A DNA stretch of 64,000 nucleotides, taken from Escherichia coli (GTDB taxonomy: Bacteria; Pseudomonadota; Gammaproteobacteria; Enterobacterales; Enterobacteriaceae). A program made the translations under genes and the position numbers. Location: assembly GCF_041248615.1 (NCBI RefSeq), contig NZ_CP158426.1; one strand, 5' to 3'. This document shows positions 51,744 to 61,349 of the stretch, in pieces. The notes below the pieces were generated by a model. The model worked only from the letters and a program-made list of their open reading frames with translations. It did no database searches and was not told the DNA's origin. Each line of letters begins with the position of its first letter. Position 1 is the stretch's first letter.

Positions 51744-52342
51744 GGGCAAATCCACCTGAGTAGTGGTAGTCTCTTCCATACGGTTGCGTACGTATCTCAG
51801 GTGGTTTGCTACAGCATGCGGAGATAGTCCCAGTAAACCAAGAACCACTTTAGCTTTTGATGACTCATACCCCCAATCTGAACACTCCTTTAATACCCAT
51901 ATTGCCGAATACAGGAATCATAATGTCGTGCAAAATACCACTAACAAAATTATGACAATTTAATAACTTTGAACGTGGCTTTGTGTTCCAGTTTTATGCC
52001 AGGAGAAATCATTCGATATCTTTATAAAATATCGTTCTAACTGTAAGTAATTAATATGATTTTTCTCATAAAAAAACTTAAAATCAGTTAACTTCAGCCC
52101 GGAATATGCGTTCACTGAGCGGCCTCTTCATGAACGAAACCGAGAAAAAATAGGCTACAGTCACAACCACACTGTAGAGCAACTTCTCTCACGTGCTGTT
52201 TCAGAGAATAGATCTTCTTGCATCTGAAGAATGGTATCCAGAGCTATCCTGATCACCCCTGAATGCAATAGTTGCGTATACTAGGCGCATGACAGAATCA
52301 TAAAATGAGAGCTATCCCTTATTATCATGACTTCAGTAAAAT

Positions 52343-53098
52343 TTAAATTTGCATTGAGGTAGCGATATCGAGACGTTGCAGTTCGTCAATCGTGTAGATG
52401 CGGAACACATTCCTGTGGCGGGTTTCCAGTGGGATGTGTTGATGATTCACGATGACGTACTGGATGCTGTCAAACAGCCGTTCAAGACCGAGTTTTTTTT
52501 GCGGGTCTGGCACAATATAAAAAACGTAGATCCAGTCTTTACGCGTTCGGGCCAGTAAATGACTGGCTATGATCGACTGGTAACGGGCTTTGGTTTTCAG
52601 ATGGCGCTCGGTCTCGATGGCGATCACCGTGCCGCTGGGGAGGGCAATTAGCCCGTCCGGGCGGTGACTGACCTGATAACGACTCAGGAAAGTTGTGCGA
52701 TCGCCATGTATCCAGCCGCATGCGCCTTTTTTTTCGAGGATGATCCGCGCCATCTGATTATCAAGGTGATGTTCCAGCGTCCAGCCTGTGAGTTTTGAAG
52801 GCTCAAACCGGGCCGGGAAAATTTCATCATCAGGCTGTATTACGACCGCCAGCCCGTCGTTGGTTATTCCCCACAATGAAATTTTCTTCGTACGTGATAC
52901 CAGGACGTGTTTTTGTATTAACCCCATTCCCTCAACTTTTGAAAGCAGGGAATACAGTGATTTATGATCCCTGAAGCCGAACAGCAGCATCAGTGTTGTA
53001 AAATCACTGTACGTTTCTTCTTTCAGGAAATTCAGCAGTCGTATTATCTTCTCGCGATGTCGGGTCTGGCGCTCGCGGTATGCGGTGATAAGCATCAT
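52343..53098 (-). CDS. Hypothetical wHTH-containing protein adjacent to T4CP gene (relaxosome/replication-relaxation-like?)
   Basis: 251-aa ORF immediately downstream of the coupling protein gene; N-terminal segment looks like a winged helix; possible PD-(D/E)xK-like RPDG...IAIETERHLK; family not confidently recognised. Confidence 0.35.
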   Translation of the reverse strand: MMLITAYRERQTRHREKIIRLLNFLKEETYSDFTTLMLLFGFRDHKSLYSLLSKVEGMGLIQKHVLVSRTKKISLWGITNDGLAVVIQPDDEIFPARFEPSKLTGWTLEHHLDNQMARIILEKKGACGWIHGDRTTFLSRYQVSHRPDGLIALPSGTVIAIETERHLKTKARYQSIIASHLLARTRKDWIYVFYIVPDPQKKLGLERLFDSIQYVIVNHQHIPLETRHRNVFRIYTIDELQRLDIATSMQI

Positions 53099-53106
53099 TT
53101 CCCCTT

Positions 53107-55032
53107 CTAAAAGTTCAGTAACGAGGGATGATCCTCTTTACCTGCACCTGCACCTGCACCTGCACCTGCACTTGTTGTTGTGTGTTTCTCGTCCGGCTTG
53201 TCAAAAAAGAGATCGGGTTGTGTTGTCGTGATAACTGATGTTGATGACGGTCCGGATGACATTTCTTCCTCGTCAAAATTCAGGGCAATGTTGACTCTTG
53301 CGGCGGTGGCGGCAACAGCGGGCGATACGGCACAGATCGCCAGTTCCCTTTTTTTAACCCTGATGGGAGAAATTAGTGAAGCAGAGGGGAGGGCTTTGGT
53401 GGTGAATATAAAACTGACAAAATCAGGCAGGTTCAGCACCATATTACTGTCGATAAAGAAACGCTCGGCCTGCCTGATGGTGCGTTCACTATCGATAGTC
53501 TCTGTCAGCACCGCATCTGTTTTGGCTTTGCGGACTTCGTCATCGACTAATATGGTGCCTGACATTCTTGCCACCCAGTCAGCGGTATCAGGGTCCATGA
53601 CACGATAAACCAGCTTGAATTTGGCATTCTCCACAACTGCACCCACCACGGCATCGCTTTTCAAATCCGCCGGGCAATCTTTTAAATCGGCAATGGATTG
53701 GTGGTCCATAATAATGTGTACACCTTTATCCCGTGCCGCACCTAAGCCTTCCAGCGCAGGCTTGGATAAATGGTATTTCAGTTCGGAAAGGTAAATAGCA
53801 ATAGGGCGGGGTGTGTGGTTTACCCGATCGCGCCTTTCTGCCAGCTGGTACAGGCGAACCAGCAGCATGCGCTGAGCGGTAATAATTTTGCTGTTGCGCA
53901 TCGAGCCAATCACATAGCAGCAACCACCGTTATCAAATATTGTATTGAGGGAAAATCCTGCCGGTGCATTGATGGCATTGAGTAAGGCCAGCTCCTCAAT
54001 TTTCCCGAAAAAGGCTTTTATCTTATCAGCGATACTTTGGACGTATTCCCCGTTATACACATCCCGAATGGTTGAGGTCGTATTACGGGCGACAAATTGT
54101 GCAGCTATTCGGGCTGCTTTGCGATCGTCAATGCGATAAAAGTCAGACTCTTGTCCTTTCTCTGCCAGACTGAAACCCGCGACAAAAAGTTCTTCCAGTT
54201 CATCAGCGGTGATATCGTTAATCAGGTTTAGCTGGTATGCCTGTTTCCTCAGGTCAATTAGGGCAAAGGATTTCCCTGCATCCTCGCAGGCTTTCCGGTA
54301 AAGGTGTGGGGCCCACTCATCATCTTTGGGGTCCATAACAAATACGCCTTCACCGGCCAAAATACTCTGATAAAGTAATATCCCGGTGGCCACCCCTTTA
54401 CCGGCCCCCGTGGTCCCGATGATATCGGCATGTTGTTTTTGCCAGTCTTTTAACGGCAGGTACATCGGCTGTTTCATTCTGTTCATGCCGATAAAAATAC
54501 CTTTACTCAGGTTAATATAATCCTCCGGGTTATAGTGCAATGTTTCCGGTAGCAGCGATTTCACCGTTCGGACATCAGTACGTAATTCCCTTTCCAGAGT
54601 GGTTTTTCTGACGAACCGACTTTTTACTTTATCGAGTTCAGGTGTTAACACCCTGCGCAGAAGAATATGGAAAACAAAACCGGCTGCGGTAGAGGTAATC
54701 AGTATCAGCCAGGAGAGGACAGTATTGCTGGTGGCTATCTTTATTCGGTATATCCATTGAAATAATTCGTTCACCACGGGCGCTATTGTGCCAAACAAAA
54801 AGCACAGTATGGAAAAAACTATCACCAGCTTTTTCCATAAAGGGGCTTTGAGTCGTTCATCGCTTTTCATCGACGCGAAGAATGGCATGGTCAGCCCTGA
54901 GAATAGCGCCAAAATAGGTTGATGCTGGTGCATAAAAACGAGCAGTCCCAGCATGCCGTCCACTATCGGTGATAGTGAAACGATCAGCTTATTTAACACC
55001 ATAATGCTTCCTTTATCGGCCATTCGCCCCAC
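53107..55032 (-). CDS. virD4: Type IV coupling protein (VirD4/TraG-like ATPase)
   Basis: N-terminal hydrophobic segments, Walker A IIGTTGAGKGV, DPK motif (VFVMDPKDDEW); C-terminal (Ala-Gly)5 tail. Confidence 0.75.
   Translation of the reverse strand: MGRMADKGSIMVLNKLIVSLSPIVDGMLGLLVFMHQHQPILALFSGLTMPFFASMKSDERLKAPLWKKLVIVFSILCFLFGTIAPVVNELFQWIYRIKIATSNTVLSWLILITSTAAGFVFHILLRRVLTPELDKVKSRFVRKTTLERELRTDVRTVKSLLPETLHYNPEDYINLSKGIFIGMNRMKQPMYLPLKDWQKQHADIIGTTGAGKGVATGILLYQSILAGEGVFVMDPKDDEWAPHLYRKACEDAGKSFALIDLRKQAYQLNLINDITADELEELFVAGFSLAEKGQESDFYRIDDRKAARIAAQFVARNTTSTIRDVYNGEYVQSIADKIKAFFGKIEELALLNAINAPAGFSLNTIFDNGGCCYVIGSMRNSKIITAQRMLLVRLYQLAERRDRVNHTPRPIAIYLSELKYHLSKPALEGLGAARDKGVHIIMDHQSIADLKDCPADLKSDAVVGAVVENAKFKLVYRVMDPDTADWVARMSGTILVDDEVRKAKTDAVLTETIDSERTIRQAERFFIDSNMVLNLPDFVSFIFTTKALPSASLISPIRVKKRELAICAVSPAVAATAARVNIALNFDEEEMSSGPSSTSVITTTQPDLFFDKPDEKHTTTSAGAGAGAGAGKEDHPSLLNF
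53141..53170. repeat. Hexanucleotide repeat (CCTGCA)x5 inside the 3' end of the T4CP gene
   Basis: cctgca repeated 5 times in frame, encoding AGAGAGAGAG at the protein C-terminus. Confidence 0.95.
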
Positions 55033-55552
55033 GACATCGCCCCCTCAATTCGCCCCACGGTGTTGGGCGAAAAGCTGGGGTGAAAGCAGGGGCAAACAGA
55101 GGTGGCTGCGGTGCAGCCATGTGCCGGTAGATAGACTTTCCGGCCCGAAACGACGTGCACCAGTTCATGCGGGCTGGACGCCCTTATTGCCTGGCGCATG
55201 GGGGTAATGGCGTGGCTGTACGCCGCGCCAAAACCCCCAGGGTCAACGGCGGCACACCGTCGCCCGCTACGCGCGACCAACCCCTTTAAGACGCGCGTTT
55301 CGCCTGTTTTTTTCTCGCAAGCTCCAAAAAACGGGAACGCTGCTTTAAAGGGGTTGGTCGCGCCTGATTGGTAATATCCCCGCTGGGGCGGGAAATATTA
55401 CCTGGCTTGACGGTGTGCGGGGCAAGCCCCCCACAAAAAACGGCACGTGGGCGTGCCTTTTTGCTCGCTGGGGCGGCAAAATTTTTGCGGCTCCCCCGGC
55501 CTGCTTAATTCGCTGTGGGCGAATGTGCGCAGATGGATGCGGTACCTGAAAA

Positions 55553-55633
55553 TTAACAATTTCTGCGAAATTGAATTTTCTGTCCGCGTTCCACTGGCTT
55601 ATTTCACGGCTTAACAATTTCTCCGAAATTGAA
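55553..55633. promoter_or_regulatory. Two copies of palindromic operator-like site TTAACAATTTC(T)GCGAAATTGAA upstream of the T4CP gene
   Basis: 55553..55575 and 55611..55633 differ at one base; each contains inverted repeat caatttc-N3-gaaattg; lies in a 680-bp non-coding gap. Confidence 0.4.
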
Positions 55634-55709
55634 GCCAGAAATTAGCCAGCCTCAACCCCGCCGTCTGTCAGTCTGTGGCGCTGTGAGGCATAGTGTAATG
55701 TCCGGTGGT

Positions 55710-56015
55710 TCACACCTGTTCGCGATATATTTCAGCCCGGCATTCCTGTTCAGCCTTTAATACCTCCCGGTAGGTTTCATCATCGACTTTCGTTCCCTGA
55801 TTTTCGGCGTATCGTCTGAGTTTGTCAGCATCCTGTTCATTAAGACGCGAAAGATGATGTCGCAATAAACTGATCAGTCTACTTTCATAGATCTCATAGT
55901 AAAGGCCGCATCCCTGATTCGCTTCCTCAGAGAACTTTCTGTACACGGCTCCGACCGATATTCTGTCATGATGCATTGAGTGGATGTTGGAAATAAAAAG
56001 GTTTTCTTTATCCAT
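55710..56015 (-). CDS. Hypothetical protein (101 aa)
   Basis: ORF only; position between TrbM-like gene and T4CP. Confidence 0.3.
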   Translation of the reverse strand: MDKENLFISNIHSMHHDRISVGAVYRKFSEEANQGCGLYYEIYESRLISLLRHHLSRLNEQDADKLRRYAENQGTKVDDETYREVLKAEQECRAEIYREQV

Positions 56016-56063
56016 ATTTATTTCTCCCCAAAAAAAGGTACTAACATAATGGCCGGGGGGTTA

Positions 56064-56366
56064 TTATCCTCTGAGCCTACCAAATCTGGACAGGATTTTA
56101 TTCACCGCCTCTGGGTCGGCACTGGCACATTCTCCGAGGAAAGCTTTTCTGGCATTCAGTGTATGACCGGGTAAAAATCCGTGTTTATTCTTTTTGACGA
56201 TATTAAAGAAAGTTTTTTCAGCTGAATGGCACTCACTCCCTCCACTGTTTCCGGTCGCTTTCCCGTACATACAAAGCACGACTTCGCATGGGTCAGAGGC
56301 GAAGCAATAAACAGGGAGCACAATGGCAATGCACAGCATTACCGTCGCAATGGAGGCGTATTTCAT
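56064..56366 (-). CDS. Secreted TrbM/KikA-like protein (putative)
   Basis: 100-aa ORF with N-terminal signal peptide and conserved Cys pattern (DPCEVVLC); position after virB11 as in IncN-like transfer regions. Confidence 0.4.
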   Translation of the reverse strand: MKYASIATVMLCIAIVLPVYCFASDPCEVVLCMYGKATGNSGGSECHSAEKTFFNIVKKNKHGFLPGHTLNARKAFLGECASADPEAVNKILSRFGRLRG

Positions 56367-56410
56367 GATGAAGTCCTTACCATAATTTCTGTACCAGGAT
56401 ATCGGTATAT

Positions 56411-56806
56411 TTAATGTGAAAAATAAATATAGGTATCGCTACACGTCAGGCACTGAGTTGCAGGTTGATATTCAATAACACCATTTGCGCCATGCTGGCG
56501 AAGCCAGCTTGTTGCAGTAAAGAATGCTGTGCCTGATGGTGCAGCAACAACAATACGCGTCGAATGCGCAACTGCGTAAAATACGTCGGGGGTCCAAAGT
56601 GTCTCGTTAAACTGCGTTGAGTGAACGGACAATAACCACTTCCCATTAACGATTGGGGAAGGATTAATAACGGGGGTGTCATTCCATTGCGATAAATTGA
56701 TATTCACTGACTCGCCCGATTTATCCCATTCAACAGATACCGGTGGGGGTGGTGACGAACAGCCGGTAAGCACCATTAAAAATAACAGTATATTGATGGT
56801 TTTCAT
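56411..56806 (-). CDS. Lipoprotein of unknown function in T4SS operon
   Basis: Lipobox LTGC after signal peptide (MKTINILLFLMVLTGCSSPP); start overlaps virB11 stop. Confidence 0.5.
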   Translation of the reverse strand: MKTINILLFLMVLTGCSSPPPPVSVEWDKSGESVNINLSQWNDTPVINPSPIVNGKWLLSVHSTQFNETLWTPDVFYAVAHSTRIVVAAPSGTAFFTATSWLRQHGANGVIEYQPATQCLTCSDTYIYFSH

Positions 56807-57849
56807 TATGCTTTCATCTCCTCGAAGAAGGCATTACGGTGCAGTGGCCGGAAATAGATATCATTCATTCGGCGCACGTTGCCGTCTAAATCAATACTGA
56901 CAATAACATCCAGACTGTCCAGCACTTTGCGTAACATAAACGTGTAGGGCAGCCGGGCGCATTGTGGGTTTTCATAACAGCGAGTAATAAAACCGTCTAC
57001 CGCTTCTATTGCTGAACCCGCATGCAGGGAAGTCATACTGCCTTCATGGCCGGAGCCGGTTATTTTGAGAAAATCCCAGGCTTCACCACCGCGCACTTCG
57101 GTTAACAATATACGGTCGGGGTTCATGCGATAATTCCAGCGCAGAAGACTGGCTGGCGTCACAATCGAGCCTTTTTCATCTGCTGATTCGGACGGATAGA
57201 AGAGGTGGACATAGTTTTTATGAACAAAAAAGGTGATTTCCGGATTATCTTCAATGGTCGTAATACGCAAATGGCGAGGAATAAAACCAATCAGCATCTT
57301 CATGTAGGTTGTTTTCCCGGTACCGGTTTCCCCGGCCACCGCGATAGTTTTACCGTACTCCACGCACTTCTCCATAAAGCGCGGGATATCTTTGGCGGTA
57401 TACAGGCTCAACAATTCCTGATCGTGCGTCTGGGTGGTTTCTGAGCCCGTCACCCTGTTATAAAAACCGGCGTCGATATAGCTCTGGTGGGGAATTTGTA
57501 CCTGTGACGGCTTTCGGATAGTAATGGAGACGGTGTTGCGCTCACAGGCCGGAGGGACAATAACCTGACAACGTTCACCGGATTCCAGCGTGGCTGACAG
57601 CCCCGGTTTGATATCTTCAATATTGTCGCAGTGATGCTTTGCCAGGCATCTGGCGAAGTTGTAGCACCCCTCATAATCCAGCGAAACACTGTGCAGCTCC
57701 CAGATACCATTAATTTTGGTAAATAGCTCGCCCGGGCGGTTGACGGCGATTTCTGTTAGTCCAGGATGAGCAATAAAATCGCCAAAAAATCGCTGTGTAT
57801 AGCGATCGAGAGAGATGTTTTTCATGTGATATCCTTGTATCGGATACAT
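56806..57849 (-). CDS. virB11: VirB11-family T4SS ATPase
   Basis: Walker A GETGTGKTT, Walker B-like RILLTEVRG, His box GSMTSLHAG; 347 aa. Confidence 0.85.
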   Translation of the reverse strand: MYPIQGYHMKNISLDRYTQRFFGDFIAHPGLTEIAVNRPGELFTKINGIWELHSVSLDYEGCYNFARCLAKHHCDNIEDIKPGLSATLESGERCQVIVPPACERNTVSITIRKPSQVQIPHQSYIDAGFYNRVTGSETTQTHDQELLSLYTAKDIPRFMEKCVEYGKTIAVAGETGTGKTTYMKMLIGFIPRHLRITTIEDNPEITFFVHKNYVHLFYPSESADEKGSIVTPASLLRWNYRMNPDRILLTEVRGGEAWDFLKITGSGHEGSMTSLHAGSAIEAVDGFITRCYENPQCARLPYTFMLRKVLDSLDVIVSIDLDGNVRRMNDIYFRPLHRNAFFEEMKA

Positions 57850-57862
57850 TTGTGGAGGGAGT

Positions 57863-58870
57863 ATGTCGAAGACGAAAGTACTGTTCGCTTATTGCCATGA
57901 ACTCGGGCGCTGTTTGTCCATTGATGAAGCGCGAATGGAATTTTTTTCCAGAAAGCCGGAAGAAAGGAAGCGGTTCACTTTTTCATGTAGCGATCGCAAC
58001 TGTGATGTCACCATTAGCGGTGTTAACTATCACGTCAAAGCTGAAGATGGTGAGAAATTCAAGGCTGCGCACTTCCGTTCACCTCATCCTCACAAGTTCG
58101 GATGTGAATGGCTCGAATTCACCGAGGATGCGGATCAGGACCGGCGTCCAGACGAGTCAGAGGCTGATTTCACAGAACGAAAAGCAAAGCAAAAGCTGAC
58201 GGACTATATCAACTGCTTTGACCCTTCAATAGATGATCCTGATGGCGAACCATCCGATCCCGTGAAGCTTGTTACGCCTGTTCACACAAGAAAAACTGTC
58301 GGGGATGATGATAAAACGGGTACAAATGAAGAGCCCCGCTGGAGTCGCTACACGCGAACCAACCAGCTTCAGCGACTTATCGACACATGGCAGGAAGCGA
58401 AAGAAACGCTGCCTCAGGATGAGTTCCGGGCGTTGAGACTCAGGATCATGCACCATGATCAGGTCTATCTACATGAATATATAACGCATATACAGCGTGG
58501 ATTGGCTAATCCGTATTCGGGCGTCATCTATGGTGGTGGGACCCTAATGCATCGGTATGGTCGGGGTTTTCTGATTAATTTCTTTGATAAACATGAGGGG
58601 AAGCCTGTTCGCCTGTATGTCAGTAAAGATCTGATGGCGAAAGGACGGTTTGGTCATTATATCGATGAGATTCTGGACACTAAAAACGTCAGATATTTCC
58701 GTATATTTTTACTCAATCCGGTTGTTTCCGAACGGGAAAACAGCACAGGAAAAAGCGTTATCAACCTTGAAATATCAAAGCTGCGTCAACTGGCTATTTA
58801 CTACGAACTGAACTCCAGCAGAGAAGATGAATCTTCATCGGTGGAGACGGAGGGGGAAAGTCCGGCGTAG
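57863..58870 (+). CDS. Hypothetical protein (335 aa) encoded antisense inside the T4SS operon
   Basis: Only long ORF on either strand across 57860..58800; acidic stretches; no recognised domain. Confidence 0.45.
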   Translation: MSKTKVLFAYCHELGRCLSIDEARMEFFSRKPEERKRFTFSCSDRNCDVTISGVNYHVKAEDGEKFKAAHFRSPHPHKFGCEWLEFTEDADQDRRPDESEADFTERKAKQKLTDYINCFDPSIDDPDGEPSDPVKLVTPVHTRKTVGDDDKTGTNEEPRWSRYTRTNQLQRLIDTWQEAKETLPQDEFRALRLRIMHHDQVYLHEYITHIQRGLANPYSGVIYGGGTLMHRYGRGFLINFFDKHEGKPVRLYVSKDLMAKGRFGHYIDEILDTKNVRYFRIFLLNPVVSERENSTGKSVINLEISKLRQLAIYYELNSSREDESSSVETEGESPA

Positions 58871-59187
58871 CGGGCTAATGTTGTCACAAGAATGAGTATA
58901 TCGGTGACGTCAGGCAGCGATATCTGCTTATGTGCCAGCCGGATATCGTCCGGGGAAAAAGGCGGTGCATCCAAAGGGCCTTCACTGATGGTGATACAGA
59001 ACGGTTGCTCTTCTCCTGAGTCAATACTGAGTTCTATCAATGCGCCCCCGGCACGATAGCATGTCATGACTATTCTTCTGATTCCGGTAAGGTGTGACAG
59101 TAAGTCGTTGACGACAGCGTTGCTGAAATCGTCCCTTACGATGACGTCTGTCGCCGTAACACCAAACAAAAACTTTCGATTACTCAC
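58801..59187 (-). CDS. Hypothetical protein (128 aa) downstream of virB10
   Basis: ORF start overlaps virB10 stop by 8 nt, suggesting co-transcription; no recognised motif. Confidence 0.35.
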   Translation of the reverse strand: MSNRKFLFGVTATDVIVRDDFSNAVVNDLLSHLTGIRRIVMTCYRAGGALIELSIDSGEEQPFCITISEGPLDAPPFSPDDIRLAHKQISLPDVTDILILVTTLARYAGLSPSVSTDEDSSSLLEFSS

Positions 59188-60430
59188 TCTTCATCCTCAG
59201 CGTGTAGATGCCTGAAAAATCAATATCCTGCCCTGTGACCAGGTTGATGATTTCACCCTGATTTTTGTAGAGCGTCGGTGGGATATTAATGCTGTTTTCC
59301 AGCGTGGTACGTGCCATATCCGCCATAGCCTGACGGCTGTTTTCTGTATAGTCGGTATTCCGATCTTTCTGACCGGCGCTGTTGGATGCCCATGCCCCAA
59401 TATCAGGGATCATACCGACCAGTAATGCACCTCCAAATCGCTCCCTGAAATGCGAGTCTATCCAGCCATCAACGCCAGCCTCGCCCAGTTCTCCGGCAGC
59501 ATTCGTATCGACCAGCGGAATATCAAGGAAAGGGGGCTGGCGGGTACGCAGTTTCGTGATGATGATGAATGCGCGTCCCTGTCCATGCGTCATTCCTGTT
59601 TCTGCACCAGTCTGGTACATCCCCGTGGCGGTGGTCCCTTTTTCTATCAGCTTTGTATTACCGCTGGCGCTCCAGATGTCTTCGGCGATCGTGCAGCGGA
59701 TTTTTCCAGCCCGATCTGAGACAAAACGGTAATCCAGTGAGCAGGGAATAGCGGTATTTTCCGGCACGTACAGATCGGGATTATAAGGAATTCGCCGGAC
59801 CGCTGTCGGGGACTGTTCCGGCTGTGGCGACGAGGTGTTTAGCGGCTGACCGGTATCAGAATATTGTGTCTCTGACGGCTGTCTGGCTGAGGATGCCTGC
59901 GTCATTTCCTGATACCGGGTCCGTACCGGATTTCGTACCGCTGAACCTGAACCCTCCCGGCGCACCAGAAAACGGGCTTTATCTAAGTCGGGCAGAGCCT
60001 CCGATCCGTTGGGTGTCGTACTACCAGGGTTGTTGTCCGCCGGTTCTGGTGTTTTCGCGTCGATATAGTGCGTACCCAGATCGGTACGCTGTCGAGAATC
60101 GGTCCGATCTGTCGGGGCCACAGTTTCCTGAGGCTTTTCTTTACCTGGCTGCCAAAGAAGATTGTGGTATATCCAGTTACCCCCCCACGCCAGTGCAATC
60201 AGGGCAACGGCAGCGAATGCCAGAAAAGCGGTGGCTTTCCCCTGCTGGCGCTTTTTCAGTTTATTGACAGCCGGCTGTATTGGATCGTTATTGTCATCAT
60301 CCTGCCAGGTGTGAAGCACAGCTTCACGCTTTGCGCGGGCCTCGCGCTCAAGCGCAGCAATATCATCATCCTTCTGTGTCGGACAGGACCTGGATTCATC
60401 TGGCACAGGATGCAGATGTTCGTCATTCAT
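59180..60430 (-). CDS. virB10: VirB10/TrbI-family T4SS protein
   Basis: N-terminal cytoplasmic/TM segment, Pro-rich linker, C-terminal VirB10-type domain (…GAETGMTHGQGRAFIIITKL…VDGWIDSHF…). Confidence 0.8.
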   Translation of the reverse strand: MNDEHLHPVPDESRSCPTQKDDDIAALEREARAKREAVLHTWQDDDNNDPIQPAVNKLKKRQQGKATAFLAFAAVALIALAWGGNWIYHNLLWQPGKEKPQETVAPTDRTDSRQRTDLGTHYIDAKTPEPADNNPGSTTPNGSEALPDLDKARFLVRREGSGSAVRNPVRTRYQEMTQASSARQPSETQYSDTGQPLNTSSPQPEQSPTAVRRIPYNPDLYVPENTAIPCSLDYRFVSDRAGKIRCTIAEDIWSASGNTKLIEKGTTATGMYQTGAETGMTHGQGRAFIIITKLRTRQPPFLDIPLVDTNAAGELGEAGVDGWIDSHFRERFGGALLVGMIPDIGAWASNSAGQKDRNTDYTENSRQAMADMARTTLENSINIPPTLYKNQGEIINLVTGQDIDFSGIYTLRMKSE

Positions 60431-60449
60431 GTGTACAGTTCCTCAGCTG

Positions 60450-61349
60450 TTAATTGGTTGCGGTTTTTACCACTCGCTCAACTTGCGGGGAGACTGTGGC
60501 ACCATCTGCGACCTGAACCCTGCCGAAACCACGATTTTCCAGGCCGACCACAGCGCCACCGGAACGGAGGACCAGACGGGGGGTAACTTCCTGAATAACC
60601 AGTACGGTGAAGTTGCCTTTCCTGCGGACACTGCTGTTAACCACATGCTCCTGGCCGTTTAGCTCTTTTGTCAAAGAGGGAATGGATTTGGCTGGGGAGA
60701 AGCCCACGAACGTAAAGCGACCATCGTCATAGGCGAAGTCCGGAACGATACGTGTGCTATTGCTCCCCGGATATTTGAGATAGTCCCAGTTTCGTGGCGT
60801 CTGCGCGGCGTTAAGAGCCTGCTGGATATCGGCCTGCTGTTGTTTCTGCTCCCGTTCCCGCGCTTTGGTTGTGACTTCACGGCCCGATTTTTCGTGTGCT
60901 TCATCGGGATAGCGATAACTCACCTGAAAAGCAGGCTGCTGCGATGATTTTTCATCGATGACGTTTAGCTCGACGTTATACAGCCGCCGAGTGGTAACGA
61001 TTAGCATGTTGGTATGCCAGTCGTGACTGTTGGGAGGAATGACCACCTGCGCTGTATTACCGTCCACTCCGGGGGCACCCTGAATCAGGGCTACCGGGCG
61101 GATACTGACCCGGTTTGCGTCTGTTGTGGCTTCCCATGCGTCCTCAAAACCTGGTTTAGCACTGATAACCGCTTCGTCATTGTCAAAGATGAGCGTGGTT
61201 ACGAAACCGGGTCGGGTATTGACGACAGTGACGTTAAACGGGTTATAGACAACCTGCTGGAGACGGGCGTCGTAGCGGCTTGCTTGTGGTATTGCAGCAC
61301 CCCAGGCTATACCGCACATCGCCAGTGCGAAAAGGATGATAATTTTCAT
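60450..61349 (-). CDS. virB9: VirB9/TrbG-family T4SS outer-membrane component
   Basis: Signal peptide and VirB9-like domains; position between virB8 and virB10. Confidence 0.75.
   Translation of the reverse strand: MKIIILFALAMCGIAWGAAIPQASRYDARLQQVVYNPFNVTVVNTRPGFVTTLIFDNDEAVISAKPGFEDAWEATTDANRVSIRPVALIQGAPGVDGNTAQVVIPPNSHDWHTNMLIVTTRRLYNVELNVIDEKSSQQPAFQVSYRYPDEAHEKSGREVTTKAREREQKQQQADIQQALNAAQTPRNWDYLKYPGSNSTRIVPDFAYDDGRFTFVGFSPAKSIPSLTKELNGQEHVVNSSVRRKGNFTVLVIQEVTPRLVLRSGGAVVGLENRGFGRVQVADGATVSPQVERVVKTATN

Larger units (their letters stand above)
50424..51754 (+). mobile_element. IS2 (IS3 family), complete, with 5-bp target-site duplication CCTGA
   Basis: Left end tagactggcccc...; right end ...taggggcaaatcca; 1331 bp; flanking cctga at 50419..50423 and 51755..51759; encodes insC and insD. 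Confidence 0.9.
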
